A DNA stretch of 57,672 nt from a virus (taxonomy: Duplodnaviria; Caudoviricetes): positions 1 through 57,672 of the IMG/VR virus record IMGVR_UViG_3300044296_000098; one strand, 5' to 3'. A model generated the notes under the pieces. That model was not told where the DNA came from and searched no databases. It saw only the letters and a program-made list of their open reading frames with translations. Positions 39,144 to 48,812 of this stretch are shown here, in pieces. The stretch's first letter is position 1; each line of letters begins with the position of its first letter. Both the position numbers and the translations under genes were made by a program.

Positions 39144-39377
39144 TTAGGCGGCGATCCGCCACAGGCGGAACGAGCCGTCACCCACAGCGCGGGTCACGAA
39201 CTTGTAGCCCGGATTGTGCTTGGAGAACGCATTGGCAGACCGAGCCGCGGCGTTCCTCAGCTTGTCGGTCGGCAGCGCAAACGACTGGCCAACCTGCATT
39301 TCGCCAAACGGGAAGCGGTGAACCGTGCTGCGGCCTCGGTTCGCCGGCAGCGGCACATCAGTCTCGATAGCAAACAT
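39144..39377 (-). CDS. Small putative DNA-binding protein
   Basis: IETDVPLP...FPFGEMQVGQSF...FRLWRI pattern. Confidence 0.7.
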   Translation of the reverse strand: MFAIETDVPLPANRGRSTVHRFPFGEMQVGQSFALPTDKLRNAAARSANAFSKHNPGYKFVTRAVGDGSFRLWRIAA

Positions 39378-39462
39378 TCGTCGTCCCCTACGGGTAGTTA
39401 ACGCTCCACAATGGAGCGCCTATCCCCCAAACAATCACGGTGCGGGGTCAACGGTCAAGCCG

Positions 39463-39984
39463 TTATTCCGGTCGGAAATCTCGGTGTGGGCTACAGAAGC
39501 CTTCTGGCTTCCATGCAGGCGGCATTTTGTTCGGCGACAACTGTAACGCTATCAGCCCGCCTTTCGTTTTCCCGCACTCTTCAAAACCGGCTTTTCGGTA
39601 TGTCCACCCCCAAACTGGCGTCCCCCGAACCATAGTCGGACGAACTTTACGGGGGTCGACAAACGTAACCATCCCCAACGTCGGCGGTTTCCCGTAATAC
39701 GATTTGGTAGCTGAGACGGCTAAAAGTATTAACGCACTAGCCGGGGCGATCCCCTCTGTACGAAATGCCGAACAAACCCACGCCCCCGCCCACTCGTGTT
39801 TCACGTATTGGGCGTAAGGCCAAGAAGTTATCCAGAGAGCTTTAAGTTGCCCCATCTGCGCAGTGAGAACCAAACACCGGCCCGGGGGAGCAAATTGAGG
39901 GCTTCCTATTTTTTGGCGGTTGTAGTGACGGTCGGCGATATCGCGGGCAAAAGGGTCCGCACGGTGAGACATTTTCCAAGTCAT
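39463..39984 (-). CDS. Mom-like GNAT-fold protein (putative DNA-modifying acetyltransferase)
   Basis: ADRHYNR, WVCSAFR.E..ASALI, MVTFVD, GWTYRKAGF...GKT. Confidence 0.55.
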   Translation of the reverse strand: MTWKMSHRADPFARDIADRHYNRQKIGSPQFAPPGRCLVLTAQMGQLKALWITSWPYAQYVKHEWAGAWVCSAFRTEGIAPASALILLAVSATKSYYGKPPTLGMVTFVDPRKVRPTMVRGTPVWGWTYRKAGFEECGKTKGGLIALQLSPNKMPPAWKPEGFCSPHRDFRPE

Positions 39985-41603
39985 TCTATTGCTACTCCCT
40001 TTGCGTGCAGAACCCCCCTCAGTTTGGCCCCCAGTTCCGTTGCCTCTTTAGTCTTGAGGGTTTGCGCAGAGGCTACGTCAACCCCGAACTCATGGTAGAA
40101 ACGGCGGTACCCCTCGCTGTCGTTGCGGCCGAGCGACCGCTGCCAGCCAGCCCACCATGCAATCTGCTTCCGTAGGTCCACTTGGGTCTCGACCCACTCG
40201 CGGTGACGTTTAAGGATGGAACCGCGCACCTCTGGCGTTGCGCCGTATGGTATCTTAGGCGGCTGCATCAAATCTCCTCCGCCTCTCAATTGGGCGAGGA
40301 AAGACGCATCCATCTCCAGCAGATCGCCGTCCACGTGCTCCGGTGCGGAGCGTGAGGTAGGCTCAGGGAAGTACCCACAATATGGGCACTCACGATGGAA
40401 CCGCTCATAGACCCCGGTGCATTGTGGACAAGCGCGCAGCGGGATCTCGTCGGAGGTCGACCGAGACCGCTTAGCCCGTCGGTCTAGGGTCCACTCTCGG
40501 TAGCCATCCGGTAGCCCATGCCGGATGACATTGCCCACATGGTCGATGATGATAGCTTCGGTCTTACCCTCCAGCGGGCGAAGGGCGCGGCCGAACTGCT
40601 GAGCATACAGGCCAAAACTCTCAGTCGGCCGACCCATGGAGACCACTTCCAAGGCAGGCAGGTCGAAGCCCTCGCCAAACAGGTCGACGTTGACGAGCTG
40701 GAGGATCTCGCGAGCCGCGAACCGGCGCAGCGCCGCGGCCCGGACGACCTCAGGGGTCTCCGAGGACACGCACTCGGCGGGCACCCCGGCGGCGCGGAAA
40801 CGCGCAGCGGTCTCTTGGGCCAACTCGATGCTCACGCAGAAGGTGACGCCGAGTTTACCGCGGGCAATCCGCAAATAAGAGTCTACAATATCCCCGGTGA
40901 TATGGCTCTTCCGTGCGGCTTCCCGGAGCGCGGCGGATTGGAAGTCCCCGGTCGCCGCGGATACCGGCACTTTAGACAGGTCGATATCAGACGCCGGCGC
41001 GAATATCCGATAGTCCGTGAGGTACCCGTCGCTGATTAGCTCCCTCATGCCGGGACCAACGACGAGAGCGTCCATAACGCCGTCAGCGTGACGCCCTAGC
41101 CCTTTGCCGTCGGCACGCATCGGAGTAGCGGTGACGCCGAGGCCGCGAGCGTGCGGGAACATCTCGACCGCTTTACCCCACTTATTTTCGCGTAGTAGGT
41201 GGTGGGCCTCGTCCGTAACCCATAGGGTGACGCGGTTCTGCCACGATCCTAGATCACGCCGAGCGATGGTATCGACGCCCGCTACGGCGCACGCGGCATT
41301 CGGGTCGTAGTAGGACCGCCCGTGATTGGCGATGTGGAGGGAGACGATCTCCTTTATCAACGGTGTCGGGGCGATTATGCGGTGGCGCAGCTGTAAACGC
41401 GCCAGCGTATTACTCATCTGGCCGACCAATTCCCGGCGGTGCGCTATGGCCACCGAGGAGCCGCTGTGGTTACGGAGGATGGCGCCAAATACGACGGTCT
41501 TTCCGCCGCCGGTCGGCAGCACTGCGCAGACGTTGCGAGCGCCCTCTCCCCATGCCTTATGTATATTAGCATCTAGCTCGCGCTGATATTCGCGATATTC
41601 CAC
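39981..41603 (-). CDS. SF2 DEAH helicase with C-terminal Zn ribbon
   Basis: LPTGGGKT, DEAHH, TATP, EGFDLP, QQFGRALR, CPQC...CPYC. Confidence 0.93.
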   Translation of the reverse strand: MEYREYQRELDANIHKAWGEGARNVCAVLPTGGGKTVVFGAILRNHSGSSVAIAHRRELVGQMSNTLARLQLRHRIIAPTPLIKEIVSLHIANHGRSYYDPNAACAVAGVDTIARRDLGSWQNRVTLWVTDEAHHLLRENKWGKAVEMFPHARGLGVTATPMRADGKGLGRHADGVMDALVVGPGMRELISDGYLTDYRIFAPASDIDLSKVPVSAATGDFQSAALREAARKSHITGDIVDSYLRIARGKLGVTFCVSIELAQETAARFRAAGVPAECVSSETPEVVRAAALRRFAAREILQLVNVDLFGEGFDLPALEVVSMGRPTESFGLYAQQFGRALRPLEGKTEAIIIDHVGNVIRHGLPDGYREWTLDRRAKRSRSTSDEIPLRACPQCTGVYERFHRECPYCGYFPEPTSRSAPEHVDGDLLEMDASFLAQLRGGGDLMQPPKIPYGATPEVRGSILKRHREWVETQVDLRKQIAWWAGWQRSLGRNDSEGYRRFYHEFGVDVASAQTLKTKEATELGAKLRGVLHAKGVAIE

Positions 41604-41615
41604 GATTAACCCCTG

Positions 41616-41644
41616 TTGACGGCCCGGTGAATTTAGGATAAACC
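41616..41644 (+). promoter_or_regulatory. Sigma70-like promoter for the rightward replication operon
   Basis: TTGACG-N17-TAAACC in a divergent intergenic gap; TTGACGGCCC also occurs at 32794 and 32814. Confidence 0.5.
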
Positions 41645-41673
41645 GCTTTTTACGTCAACACGAGAGGGACGTT

Positions 41674-42357
41674 ATGACCATCATCACTATCGACCTGAAC
41701 GACAGTCCTCGGCAGCTTCGCTGTGTCGCGGAACTGATCCTCAATTACGTTGGGGACGACCGTCAACAGGAACTGCGGTATACCCCGCAGGAACCGCTTA
41801 TTACCGTTGCCGGGTGGGCGCGGTCGGAAGAGGTTCCCGGCGCATTGGTTCCCGCCGCGCCCGCCAGCACGGCGGCGGCCAGCGACGAACTGGATGCGCA
41901 TGGCTACCCCTGGGACGATCGCATCCATGCCAGCAGCAAGGCGAAGAACGCTGACGGCACATGGCGCCAGCGGCGCAATCTCGACCCAGCCATCCGGGAG
42001 ACGGTGGAGGGGGAACTGAAGGACCGGGGCTACGGCAAGGCTGCTCCTGTCCCGGTGGTTCCGCCGGTCGAGGCTGCTCCTGTTCCGCCGGCACCGCCTA
42101 CTCCGCCGGCCCCGCCGGTCGAGGCTGCTCCTGTTCCGCCGGCACCGCCTACCCCGCCGGCCGGGCTTCCGACCATCACCTTCCCCGAACTGATGACCCG
42201 GATCACGACCGCGGTCAGCAATAACACGCTGTCGATGTCGGACATTCCGGCCATCCTGACGAGCACCGGGGTCAGCGGGGGATTGCCCGGCTTGGCCGCC
42301 ACACCGGAACTGATCCCGCTCGTCGCGGCGGCTCTGGGGGTGTCGTCGAATGGCTGA
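41674..42357 (+). CDS. Hypothetical protein with Pro-rich linker
   Basis: LDAHGYPWDDRIHASSKAKNADGTWR domain; PPVEAAPVPPAPPTPPA occurs twice. Confidence 0.75.
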   Translation: MTIITIDLNDSPRQLRCVAELILNYVGDDRQQELRYTPQEPLITVAGWARSEEVPGALVPAAPASTAAASDELDAHGYPWDDRIHASSKAKNADGTWRQRRNLDPAIRETVEGELKDRGYGKAAPVPVVPPVEAAPVPPAPPTPPAPPVEAAPVPPAPPTPPAGLPTITFPELMTRITTAVSNNTLSMSDIPAILTSTGVSGGLPGLAATPELIPLVAAALGVSSNG

Positions 42358-43462
42358 AGCCGAGCACGCGGTACTGGCGCCATCCTCCGCTTACCAGTGG
42401 GTCAACTGCCCCGGCAGCGTGATGATGCAGCGTCAATACCCGGAGCCGGAAGGGGAGAACGAAGCGGCGGACGAAGGGTCCGCCGCCCACTTCCTGGCTT
42501 CCGAGTATCTCAAGACCGGCAAATGGAAGGAAGGAGGTTTCAACGGCGTCCCGTTCACCACGGAGATGCAGCAGCACGTAAAGCTGTTCACGGATCTTGC
42601 TGACGGCGCCCGTAGCTCCGGGGCCAACTGGTATGTCGAGGCTAAGGTCGACATTTCCTCGATCCATCAAGACTGCTGGGGGACGGCGGACTTCTTCACC
42701 ATCGACCTGGCGGCGAAAACGGTTTGCCTGCTCGACCTGAAGTATGGTTTCGGGATCGTGGAGGCTTTCGAGAACCCGCAGCTATTGGCCTACGCCAGCG
42801 GCATCTACGACCTGATCGGGTCGGACGCGATCGACTATACGTTCGAACTGGGCATCGTTCAGCCGCGGCCTTGGCATCGCGAGGGGCCGGTGCGGCGGTG
42901 GCGCATCGCCGGCGTGGAGGTATCCAATCGCGCCCGCCATACCCGGGCTGCTGCAGAAGAGGCTCTCGGCAACAACCCCCGGACGGTTCCGGGGCCTTGG
43001 TGCAAGCACTGCACCGCTCGGCATGCTTGCCCGGCGCTGCGGGCGACCACACTCGACACGGCGGACATGGTTCGGGAAGCTACGCCCGTCGAGTTGCCGC
43101 CCGAGGGGCTGGCCGTCGAGTTGGGTTTGCTGAAGCGAGCGCAGGCCCAGATCGAGATGCGGCTGGCCGGGCTGGAGGCTCAGGCGACGGCTTTGATCCA
43201 GGGCGGCAAGTCCGTGCCGGGGTGGGGCATCGACCACACCGTCGGCCGGGAAGAATGGGCCAAGCCGGTGAAGGAAGTCTTGGCGCTTGGCGACCTGTTC
43301 GGCGTGAACCTTGCCAAACCGGTTGAGCCGATCACGCCTGCACAGGCTCGTAAGGCGGGCGTCGAACCGACCGTCATTGCGGCCTATGCCAAGCGTAAGG
43401 CTGGGACCGCAAAGCTCGTGAAGATTGACACTGCCGCCGCTCGCAAAGCGTTCGGCGGCTAA
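42350..43462 (+). CDS. Cas4-like PD-(D/E)xK exonuclease (DUF2800 type)
   Basis: HAVLAPSS...CPGS, EGSAAH, WGTADF, LDLKYG, NPQLLAYA, PGPWCKHC...CP. Confidence 0.85.
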   Translation: MAEAEHAVLAPSSAYQWVNCPGSVMMQRQYPEPEGENEAADEGSAAHFLASEYLKTGKWKEGGFNGVPFTTEMQQHVKLFTDLADGARSSGANWYVEAKVDISSIHQDCWGTADFFTIDLAAKTVCLLDLKYGFGIVEAFENPQLLAYASGIYDLIGSDAIDYTFELGIVQPRPWHREGPVRRWRIAGVEVSNRARHTRAAAEEALGNNPRTVPGPWCKHCTARHACPALRATTLDTADMVREATPVELPPEGLAVELGLLKRAQAQIEMRLAGLEAQATALIQGGKSVPGWGIDHTVGREEWAKPVKEVLALGDLFGVNLAKPVEPITPAQARKAGVEPTVIAAYAKRKAGTAKLVKIDTAAARKAFGG

Positions 43463-43475
43463 CAGGAGAAGAACC

Positions 43476-44348
43476 ATGGCAGACGCAGTACCATTCACGA
43501 CGCCGGTTGGCCGGCTCGTTCAGGGGTCCCTTTACAAGGGCTCGACCACGGATGCGGAGGGCAATCCCCTCGTCATCAAGAGCGGCCCGAATGCCGGCCA
43601 GCCGCGGACGGATTACTTCTTTGCCTTGGCCATCCCCAAGGGCAGCGAGCAGTCCTGGGCGCAAACCGAATGGGGCAAGCTGATCTACGACGTTGGGGTC
43701 AAGGGCTTTCCGAATGGACAGTACAACGCCCCGACCTTCGCCTGGAAGGTCATCGACGGCGACAGCACGGTGCCGAACCGCCGGGGCCGGAAGCCTTGTG
43801 ATCGCGAGGGGTTCAAGGGCCACTGGGTGCTTAACTTCAGCAGCGGCTACGCCCCGCGCATCTTCAACTCGAACGGTTCGCAGGCGCTGACTGACCCCGA
43901 CCACGTCAAGCTCGGCTATTACGTCCAGGTCGCCGGCACCGTGTCCGGCAACGGCAGCACTCAGCAGCCGGGCGTCTATCTTAACCACGGCATGGTCGCC
44001 CTCGCCGGCTTCGGCCCGGAGATTGTGGTCGGCCCGGATCCAACCGCCGTTGGCTTTGGCAACGCCGCTCTGCCGGCGGGCGCCAGTGCCACCCCGCTCG
44101 GGGGTCTGCCGGGCGCGGCGTCTGCGCTGCCGGGTATGCCCGCGGCTGCTCCGGCCGCCCCGGCCGCCCCCTCCGCTCCGGCTGCTCCGGCCGTTCAGCC
44201 TCATCCGGCGTTCCTCAACCCCTCGGCTCCTCCGCCTCCTGCGGCTCGCCAGATGACGGCGAAGGCGCAAGGCATGACCTACGAGCAGATGGTCGCCGCG
44301 GGATGGAACGACGCGCTGCTGGTGCAGCACGGGTACATGGCGGCGTGA
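43476..44348 (+). CDS. Single-stranded DNA-binding protein
   Basis: TPVGRLVQGS, WKVIDGDS, GHWVL, GYYVQV, PGVYLN; located after the exonuclease; AGGAG RBS. Confidence 0.7.
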   Translation: MADAVPFTTPVGRLVQGSLYKGSTTDAEGNPLVIKSGPNAGQPRTDYFFALAIPKGSEQSWAQTEWGKLIYDVGVKGFPNGQYNAPTFAWKVIDGDSTVPNRRGRKPCDREGFKGHWVLNFSSGYAPRIFNSNGSQALTDPDHVKLGYYVQVAGTVSGNGSTQQPGVYLNHGMVALAGFGPEIVVGPDPTAVGFGNAALPAGASATPLGGLPGAASALPGMPAAAPAAPAAPSAPAAPAVQPHPAFLNPSAPPPPAARQMTAKAQGMTYEQMVAAGWNDALLVQHGYMAA

Positions 44349-44371
44349 GGTAACAGACGGGGGTCAACGCT

Positions 44372-44641
44372 ATGACAGACGCCATCGACCGTATGCTTGC
44401 AGCGGCGGCTAAACGCTCGTCCGAGGGAGCGGAAGCGATGATGACGGCGGCGTTACTAGCGTTGACCCCCGACGACCATGTGGCGGCATTGAGAGCGATA
44501 GGATACCGGATCACGCCGCCACAACCGGACGATCACCCGTTTTATATCAAGGCTGAACGCACGATCCCGTGCCCTGGCTGCGACCGGTTCTTCGGCACTC
44601 CTTTCGCTCTCATCCAACACCGCTCATCGAAAGGGCACTGA
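44372..44641 (+). CDS. Hypothetical protein with C2H2-like Zn finger
   Basis: CPGCDRFFGTPFALIQHRSSKGH. Confidence 0.65.
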   Translation: MTDAIDRMLAAAAKRSSEGAEAMMTAALLALTPDDHVAALRAIGYRITPPQPDDHPFYIKAERTIPCPGCDRFFGTPFALIQHRSSKGH

Positions 44642-44645
44642 GGGT

Positions 44646-44933
44646 ATGACCGTCAACTTCAAGGAACTGGTCGAAGAGGCCATGCAAGAGCGGTACGACC
44701 CGCGCGGACGGCGGTGCTGGCCGTGGTCCCATGAGTGGTCTATGTGGGGCTTGGACGTTAGCGCCCGGAGGCAATCACGGCGATGCGTCGGTTGCGGCAA
44801 ACTCCAAGTTAAAACGCTCTCTTCGGTTTGCGCGCACTCGTGGCAGGTGTTTGAACAGCCTAGTCCGGTCGGGGTTGTGAGTATTATCCAACACTGCCCG
44901 TGGTGCGGGGACTTAAGGCGCCGGAGCGTATGA
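44646..44933 (+). CDS. Cys-rich hypothetical protein
   Basis: H.W...CVGCG and CAHSW...CPWCG; ATGA overlap with the methyltransferase. Confidence 0.6.
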   Translation: MTVNFKELVEEAMQERYDPRGRRCWPWSHEWSMWGLDVSARRQSRRCVGCGKLQVKTLSSVCAHSWQVFEQPSPVGVVSIIQHCPWCGDLRRRSV

Positions 44934-45931
44934 CCCGAGCCTATTACAATGAGGTAGATCCGTTTGCTGCTCAATGGTTACGAAACCTCATTGTATGCGG
45001 CTACATCGCGCCCGGAGACGTAGACGAAAGAGATATTCGGGACGTCTATCCCAGCGACCTTAAAGGATACGTTCAATGCCATTTTTTCGCAGGCATAGGG
45101 ATTTGGTCTCGGGCGTTTCGTTCCGCAGGATGGGCGGATGAACGACCTGTCTGGAGCGGTTCGTGCCCTTGCCAGCCTTTCAGCGCGGCAGGCCGCAGAG
45201 AAGGGATTGCTGATGAGCGGCACTTATGGCCGCACTTCCACCACCTCATCCGAGAGTGCAAACCTGGGGTCGTTTTTGGCGAACAGGTTGCGAGCAAGGA
45301 CGGCCTCGCTTGGCTCGACCTTGTACAATCTGACTTGGAAGGAGAGGGTTACGCCGTCGGGGCGCTTGATCTTTGCGCTGCGGGCGTCGGCGCCCCGCAC
45401 ATCCGCCAGCGATTGTATTGGGCGGCCGACGCCTACAACCCGCGACCACAAGGACGGGGCGTCGGAGGGGACGGTTCCGACGAATGGGTTACTCGGGCGC
45501 CAAGCGTGGTTGGCGGGGTGGCCGACGCCTACGGGCAAGGAGACAGCGGGGGGAGAATACAAAGACCCGGAGAAAGCGATGCTTCGGGCGCTTGGGCCGC
45601 ATGCGAACGATCTGCGGGATTTCGTGCAACTGGCCGGGTGGTGCTCGCCGATGGCCGAGGACGGCAGGAGGGGCGGACTGCCGGCGCGCCCACAGGACAC
45701 GGGCGTGCCGCTGTCGCAGCAGGTGGCGTTGATCGGCCCGGCCCGACGAACGGCGGATGGGCGGATGCTGACTGGCTCTTCTGCCGGGACAACAAATGGC
45801 GGCCAGTTAAATCCGGAACATTCCCGTTGGTTGATGGGTATCCCTCAAGAGTGGGCGCTTTGCGCGCCTATGGGAATGCGGTCGTCGCGCCGCTCGCCGA
45901 AGAGTTCATCCGCGCTTACCTCGGGACCTAA
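44930..45931 (+). CDS. C5-cytosine DNA methyltransferase, alpha-type chain
   Basis: FFAGIG (motif I), GSCPCQPFS (IV), GEQV (VI), PHIRQRLY (VIII), YGNAVV (X). Confidence 0.9.
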   Translation: MTRAYYNEVDPFAAQWLRNLIVCGYIAPGDVDERDIRDVYPSDLKGYVQCHFFAGIGIWSRAFRSAGWADERPVWSGSCPCQPFSAAGRREGIADERHLWPHFHHLIRECKPGVVFGEQVASKDGLAWLDLVQSDLEGEGYAVGALDLCAAGVGAPHIRQRLYWAADAYNPRPQGRGVGGDGSDEWVTRAPSVVGGVADAYGQGDSGGRIQRPGESDASGAWAACERSAGFRATGRVVLADGRGRQEGRTAGAPTGHGRAAVAAGGVDRPGPTNGGWADADWLFCRDNKWRPVKSGTFPLVDGYPSRVGALRAYGNAVVAPLAEEFIRAYLGT

Positions 45932-45935
45932 ATGA
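45138..45935 (+). CDS. Overprinted alternate-frame ORF, putative methyltransferase beta chain carrying motif IX
   Basis: Repeated (W/R)PTPT..D.K units and C-terminal GQLNPEHSRWLMGIPQEW; its stop overlaps the polymerase ATG (ATGA). Confidence 0.7.
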   Translation: MNDLSGAVRALASLSARQAAEKGLLMSGTYGRTSTTSSESANLGSFLANRLRARTASLGSTLYNLTWKERVTPSGRLIFALRASAPRTSASDCIGRPTPTTRDHKDGASEGTVPTNGLLGRQAWLAGWPTPTGKETAGGEYKDPEKAMLRALGPHANDLRDFVQLAGWCSPMAEDGRRGGLPARPQDTGVPLSQQVALIGPARRTADGRMLTGSSAGTTNGGQLNPEHSRWLMGIPQEWALCAPMGMRSSRRSPKSSSALTSGPK

Positions 45936-48217
45936 CCCCGCCCCCTCCGCCTGCGCTCTCCGACCTCCCTGCGGGATACCAGCTTCGTGCCGGCCGGGGC
46001 TTCAGCACTATCCTCCCGGACATGGACTTCGAGACCTATAGCGAGGCGGGCCTCGTGTGGGACGAAGGCAGGCAGAGGTGGCGGGCGCCCGACCGCGCTC
46101 CCAGCACGAAGCGCAGCATCAGCCTAGTGGGCGCGGCGCGGTATGCGGAGCACCCGTCCACTCAAGTGCTATGCCTAGCTTATGATCTCAAGGACGGCCG
46201 GGGCCGCCGGCAATGGGTTCCAGGCATGGAGCCGCCCGTCGACCTGTTCGCCTACCTTGCCACAGGAGGCCCGATCGAGGCTTGGAACGTCAGCTTTGAG
46301 CGGCACATCTGGGAGAAAGTCTGTGTTCCGCGCATGGGGTGGCCCCAGATCCACCGGAGCCAATGGCGGTGCGCCATGGCCAAAGCTCGGGCCTTCGCGT
46401 TGCCCGGCGCCCTGGCTAACGCAGCCTCCGTGGTCCATGCATCGGCGCAGAAAGACCCCGCCGGCACTCGGCTGCTGAACAAGTTTAGCGTGCCGCGGAA
46501 CCCGACCCTCAAGGACAAACGACTGCGGCTGGATCCGGCCACGGATCCGGAAGGGCCGGCGCTGTATGCCTACAACGTCCAAGACATCGTGGCCGAGGCG
46601 GAGGTGTCCTCGCTCGTCCCTGACTTGCAGCCGGACGAGCAGGAATGGTGGTTCGTCGACCAGGAGATTAACGCCCGCGGCGTCCAGATCGATATGGAGA
46701 GCGTGAACGCCGCGATCTCCATCGTGGAAGAGACGCTCAAGCGGTATAACGGGGAGCTGGCAGTGTTGACCAATGGGGCGGTTTCTTCAGCCAGCGAAGT
46801 GCAGAAACTTACCGGTTGGCTCGGCGCGTATGGCCTGCATCTGTCCTCCCTCGACGAAGAGGCGGTAGGCGCGGCTCTAGCGCGTAAGGACTTGCACCCC
46901 ACAGTGCGGCGGGCACTAGAGATACGGGCCCTCGTGGGAAGCGCCAGCGTCAAGAAGCTGTTCGCTATGGAGCATATGGTCTGCCGCGACGGTCGCCTGC
47001 GTGACCTATACGTCTACCACGGGGCTAGAACCGGCCGGGCGACAGGCGGTTCCGTGCAGCCTACCAACCTTCCTAACCACGGCCCGGCAGTGCGGAAGTG
47101 CGTGTCCTGCGGCAAGCACTTCGGGGAGGCCGCAGGACGGTGCCCGTGGTGCGCGGCAGCGCCGACACCTGCCACACAAGAGTGGTCCGCATCTGCGATG
47201 GAAGACGCCATAGCGGTCCTCCGGAGCGGGTCGCTCGATCTGACCGAGATGGCCTTCGGCCCCGCCTTACCGGCTATCAGCGGGTGCCTCCGAGGCATGT
47301 TCGTGGCCGCACCCGGCCACGACCTCATAGCGTCGGACTACAGCGCGATCGAGGCCGTGGTGCTGGCGGAACTGGCGGGCGAGAAGTGGCGTCAAGAGGT
47401 GTTCCGGACGCACGGTAAGATATACGAGATGAGCGCCAGCAAGATCAGCGGCGTTCCGTTCGAGGAAATGATGGAGCACCGTAAACGCACGGGGCAGCAT
47501 CATCCCCTCCGGAAAACGATCGGTAAAGTAGCGGAACTGGCCAGCGGGTACCAGGGCTGGATAGGCGCGTGGAAAGCATTTGGCGCCGACGAGTTCATGT
47601 CCGAAGAGGAGATGAAGACCTCCATTCTCAAATGGCGGGCGGAGTCTCCAGCGATCGTAGAGTTCTGGGGCGGTCAAACCCGGCGCGTGGCGTTCGGCGG
47701 CGTCGTTCGGGAATACTACGGGGTCGAAGGCGCAGCCGTCATGGCGGTGCTGTCGCCGGGTAAAGAGTTCTCGTTTCGTGGCGTAACTTACGTTTGCCAG
47801 GGAGACATTCTCTACTGCCGGTTGTTGTCGGGCCGGTATTTGACCTACCACAGCCCTCGGCTGGAGCCGAGCCAAAAGAGGGTTGGAGAATGGTCGCTGA
47901 GCTACGCCGGGTGGAATACGAACCCGAAGAACGGCCCGATTGGTTGGATACGTATGCAAACGTGGGGAGGCCGTTTAGTCGAAAATATTATTCAGGCGAC
48001 CGCGCGAGATATTCAACGAGAGGCGCTTGTCAAACAGGAACGGGCCGGTTATAAGATCGTCCTACACGTTTACGACGAGAACGTAGCCGAAGTTCCTGAT
48101 GGCTGGGGTTCCGTCGAAGAGTTTGAAAAGATCATGTCTACTATGCCCGCATGGGCGGCCGATTGGCCTGTTCGTGCGGCGGGTGGATGGCGCGGTAAAC
48201 GCTATCGAAAGGACTAA
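45932..48217 (+). CDS. DNA polymerase family A with 3'-5' exonuclease
   Basis: DFETYS, AWNVSFER, YNVQDI, GARTGR, ASDYSAIE (motif A), GKVAELASGYQG (B), ENIIQATARD, HVYDE (C). Confidence 0.93.
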   Translation: MTPPPPPALSDLPAGYQLRAGRGFSTILPDMDFETYSEAGLVWDEGRQRWRAPDRAPSTKRSISLVGAARYAEHPSTQVLCLAYDLKDGRGRRQWVPGMEPPVDLFAYLATGGPIEAWNVSFERHIWEKVCVPRMGWPQIHRSQWRCAMAKARAFALPGALANAASVVHASAQKDPAGTRLLNKFSVPRNPTLKDKRLRLDPATDPEGPALYAYNVQDIVAEAEVSSLVPDLQPDEQEWWFVDQEINARGVQIDMESVNAAISIVEETLKRYNGELAVLTNGAVSSASEVQKLTGWLGAYGLHLSSLDEEAVGAALARKDLHPTVRRALEIRALVGSASVKKLFAMEHMVCRDGRLRDLYVYHGARTGRATGGSVQPTNLPNHGPAVRKCVSCGKHFGEAAGRCPWCAAAPTPATQEWSASAMEDAIAVLRSGSLDLTEMAFGPALPAISGCLRGMFVAAPGHDLIASDYSAIEAVVLAELAGEKWRQEVFRTHGKIYEMSASKISGVPFEEMMEHRKRTGQHHPLRKTIGKVAELASGYQGWIGAWKAFGADEFMSEEEMKTSILKWRAESPAIVEFWGGQTRRVAFGGVVREYYGVEGAAVMAVLSPGKEFSFRGVTYVCQGDILYCRLLSGRYLTYHSPRLEPSQKRVGEWSLSYAGWNTNPKNGPIGWIRMQTWGGRLVENIIQATARDIQREALVKQERAGYKIVLHVYDENVAEVPDGWGSVEEFEKIMSTMPAWAADWPVRAAGGWRGKRYRKD

Positions 48218-48221
48218 CGCA

Positions 48222-48806
48222 ATGCAAACGTCCGTTGCTACCGTTACGATCAGAGGGATCACTTCGCTTTCGCAGTCGCGGAGGCATGCGGACCCGAGGA
48301 AGGAAGGTGAGAACCCGGAGGATTACGACAACCGAACTTGGCGTTCCAAACTGAGCGTCGAGAACGGTTCGGTCGTGTTGCCCGCGCATGGGGTTCACCA
48401 GGCGATTGCCGCCGCGGCAAAGTATTCTAAGCGGCAGATCCCCGGCCAAGGGAAGTCCACTTGGACCGCCAAGTTCATGGCCGGTATCGCCATCCTGGAG
48501 GATCCTCGCCTCAACATTGACCCGGAGACCGTTTCCAGCGTCGTCATCAGCGCGAATTCGGACGGCGTGCGTGGGTCCGGCCGGCGTGTCCCTCGCCGCT
48601 ACCCGATGATCCCGGAGTGGCAAACCACGTTCGAGGTTTATATTCTCGACCCCATCATCACGGAGAGCGTGTTCACCGAGATGCTGACCATTTCCGGCAT
48701 GTTCATCGGCCTTGGTCGGTTCCGGCCGGAAAAGGGCGGCACCAACGGCCGGTTCCAGCTCGTGGAACTCCAGTGGCAAGATAACCGTCAGCTTCTAGCT
48801 GCATAG
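48222..48806 (+). CDS. Solitary Cas7/RAMP-like protein (194 aa), putative RNA-binding effector of the adjacent array
   Basis: N-terminal strand VTIRGITSL; VLPAHGVHQAI resembles RAMP IPGSSLKGAL; basic hairpin VRGSGRRVPRRYP; C-terminal Gly-rich loop IGLGRFRPEKGGTNGRF. Confidence 0.65.
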   Translation: MQTSVATVTIRGITSLSQSRRHADPRKEGENPEDYDNRTWRSKLSVENGSVVLPAHGVHQAIAAAAKYSKRQIPGQGKSTWTAKFMAGIAILEDPRLNIDPETVSSVVISANSDGVRGSGRRVPRRYPMIPEWQTTFEVYILDPIITESVFTEMLTISGMFIGLGRFRPEKGGTNGRFQLVELQWQDNRQLLAA

Positions 48807-48812
48807 AGGCTT

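Noticed and set aside
42350-43462. Cas4 as part of a CRISPR adaptation module
   Set aside because: It is the common phage replication-module exonuclease next to SSB and about 5 kb from the array; nothing links the two.
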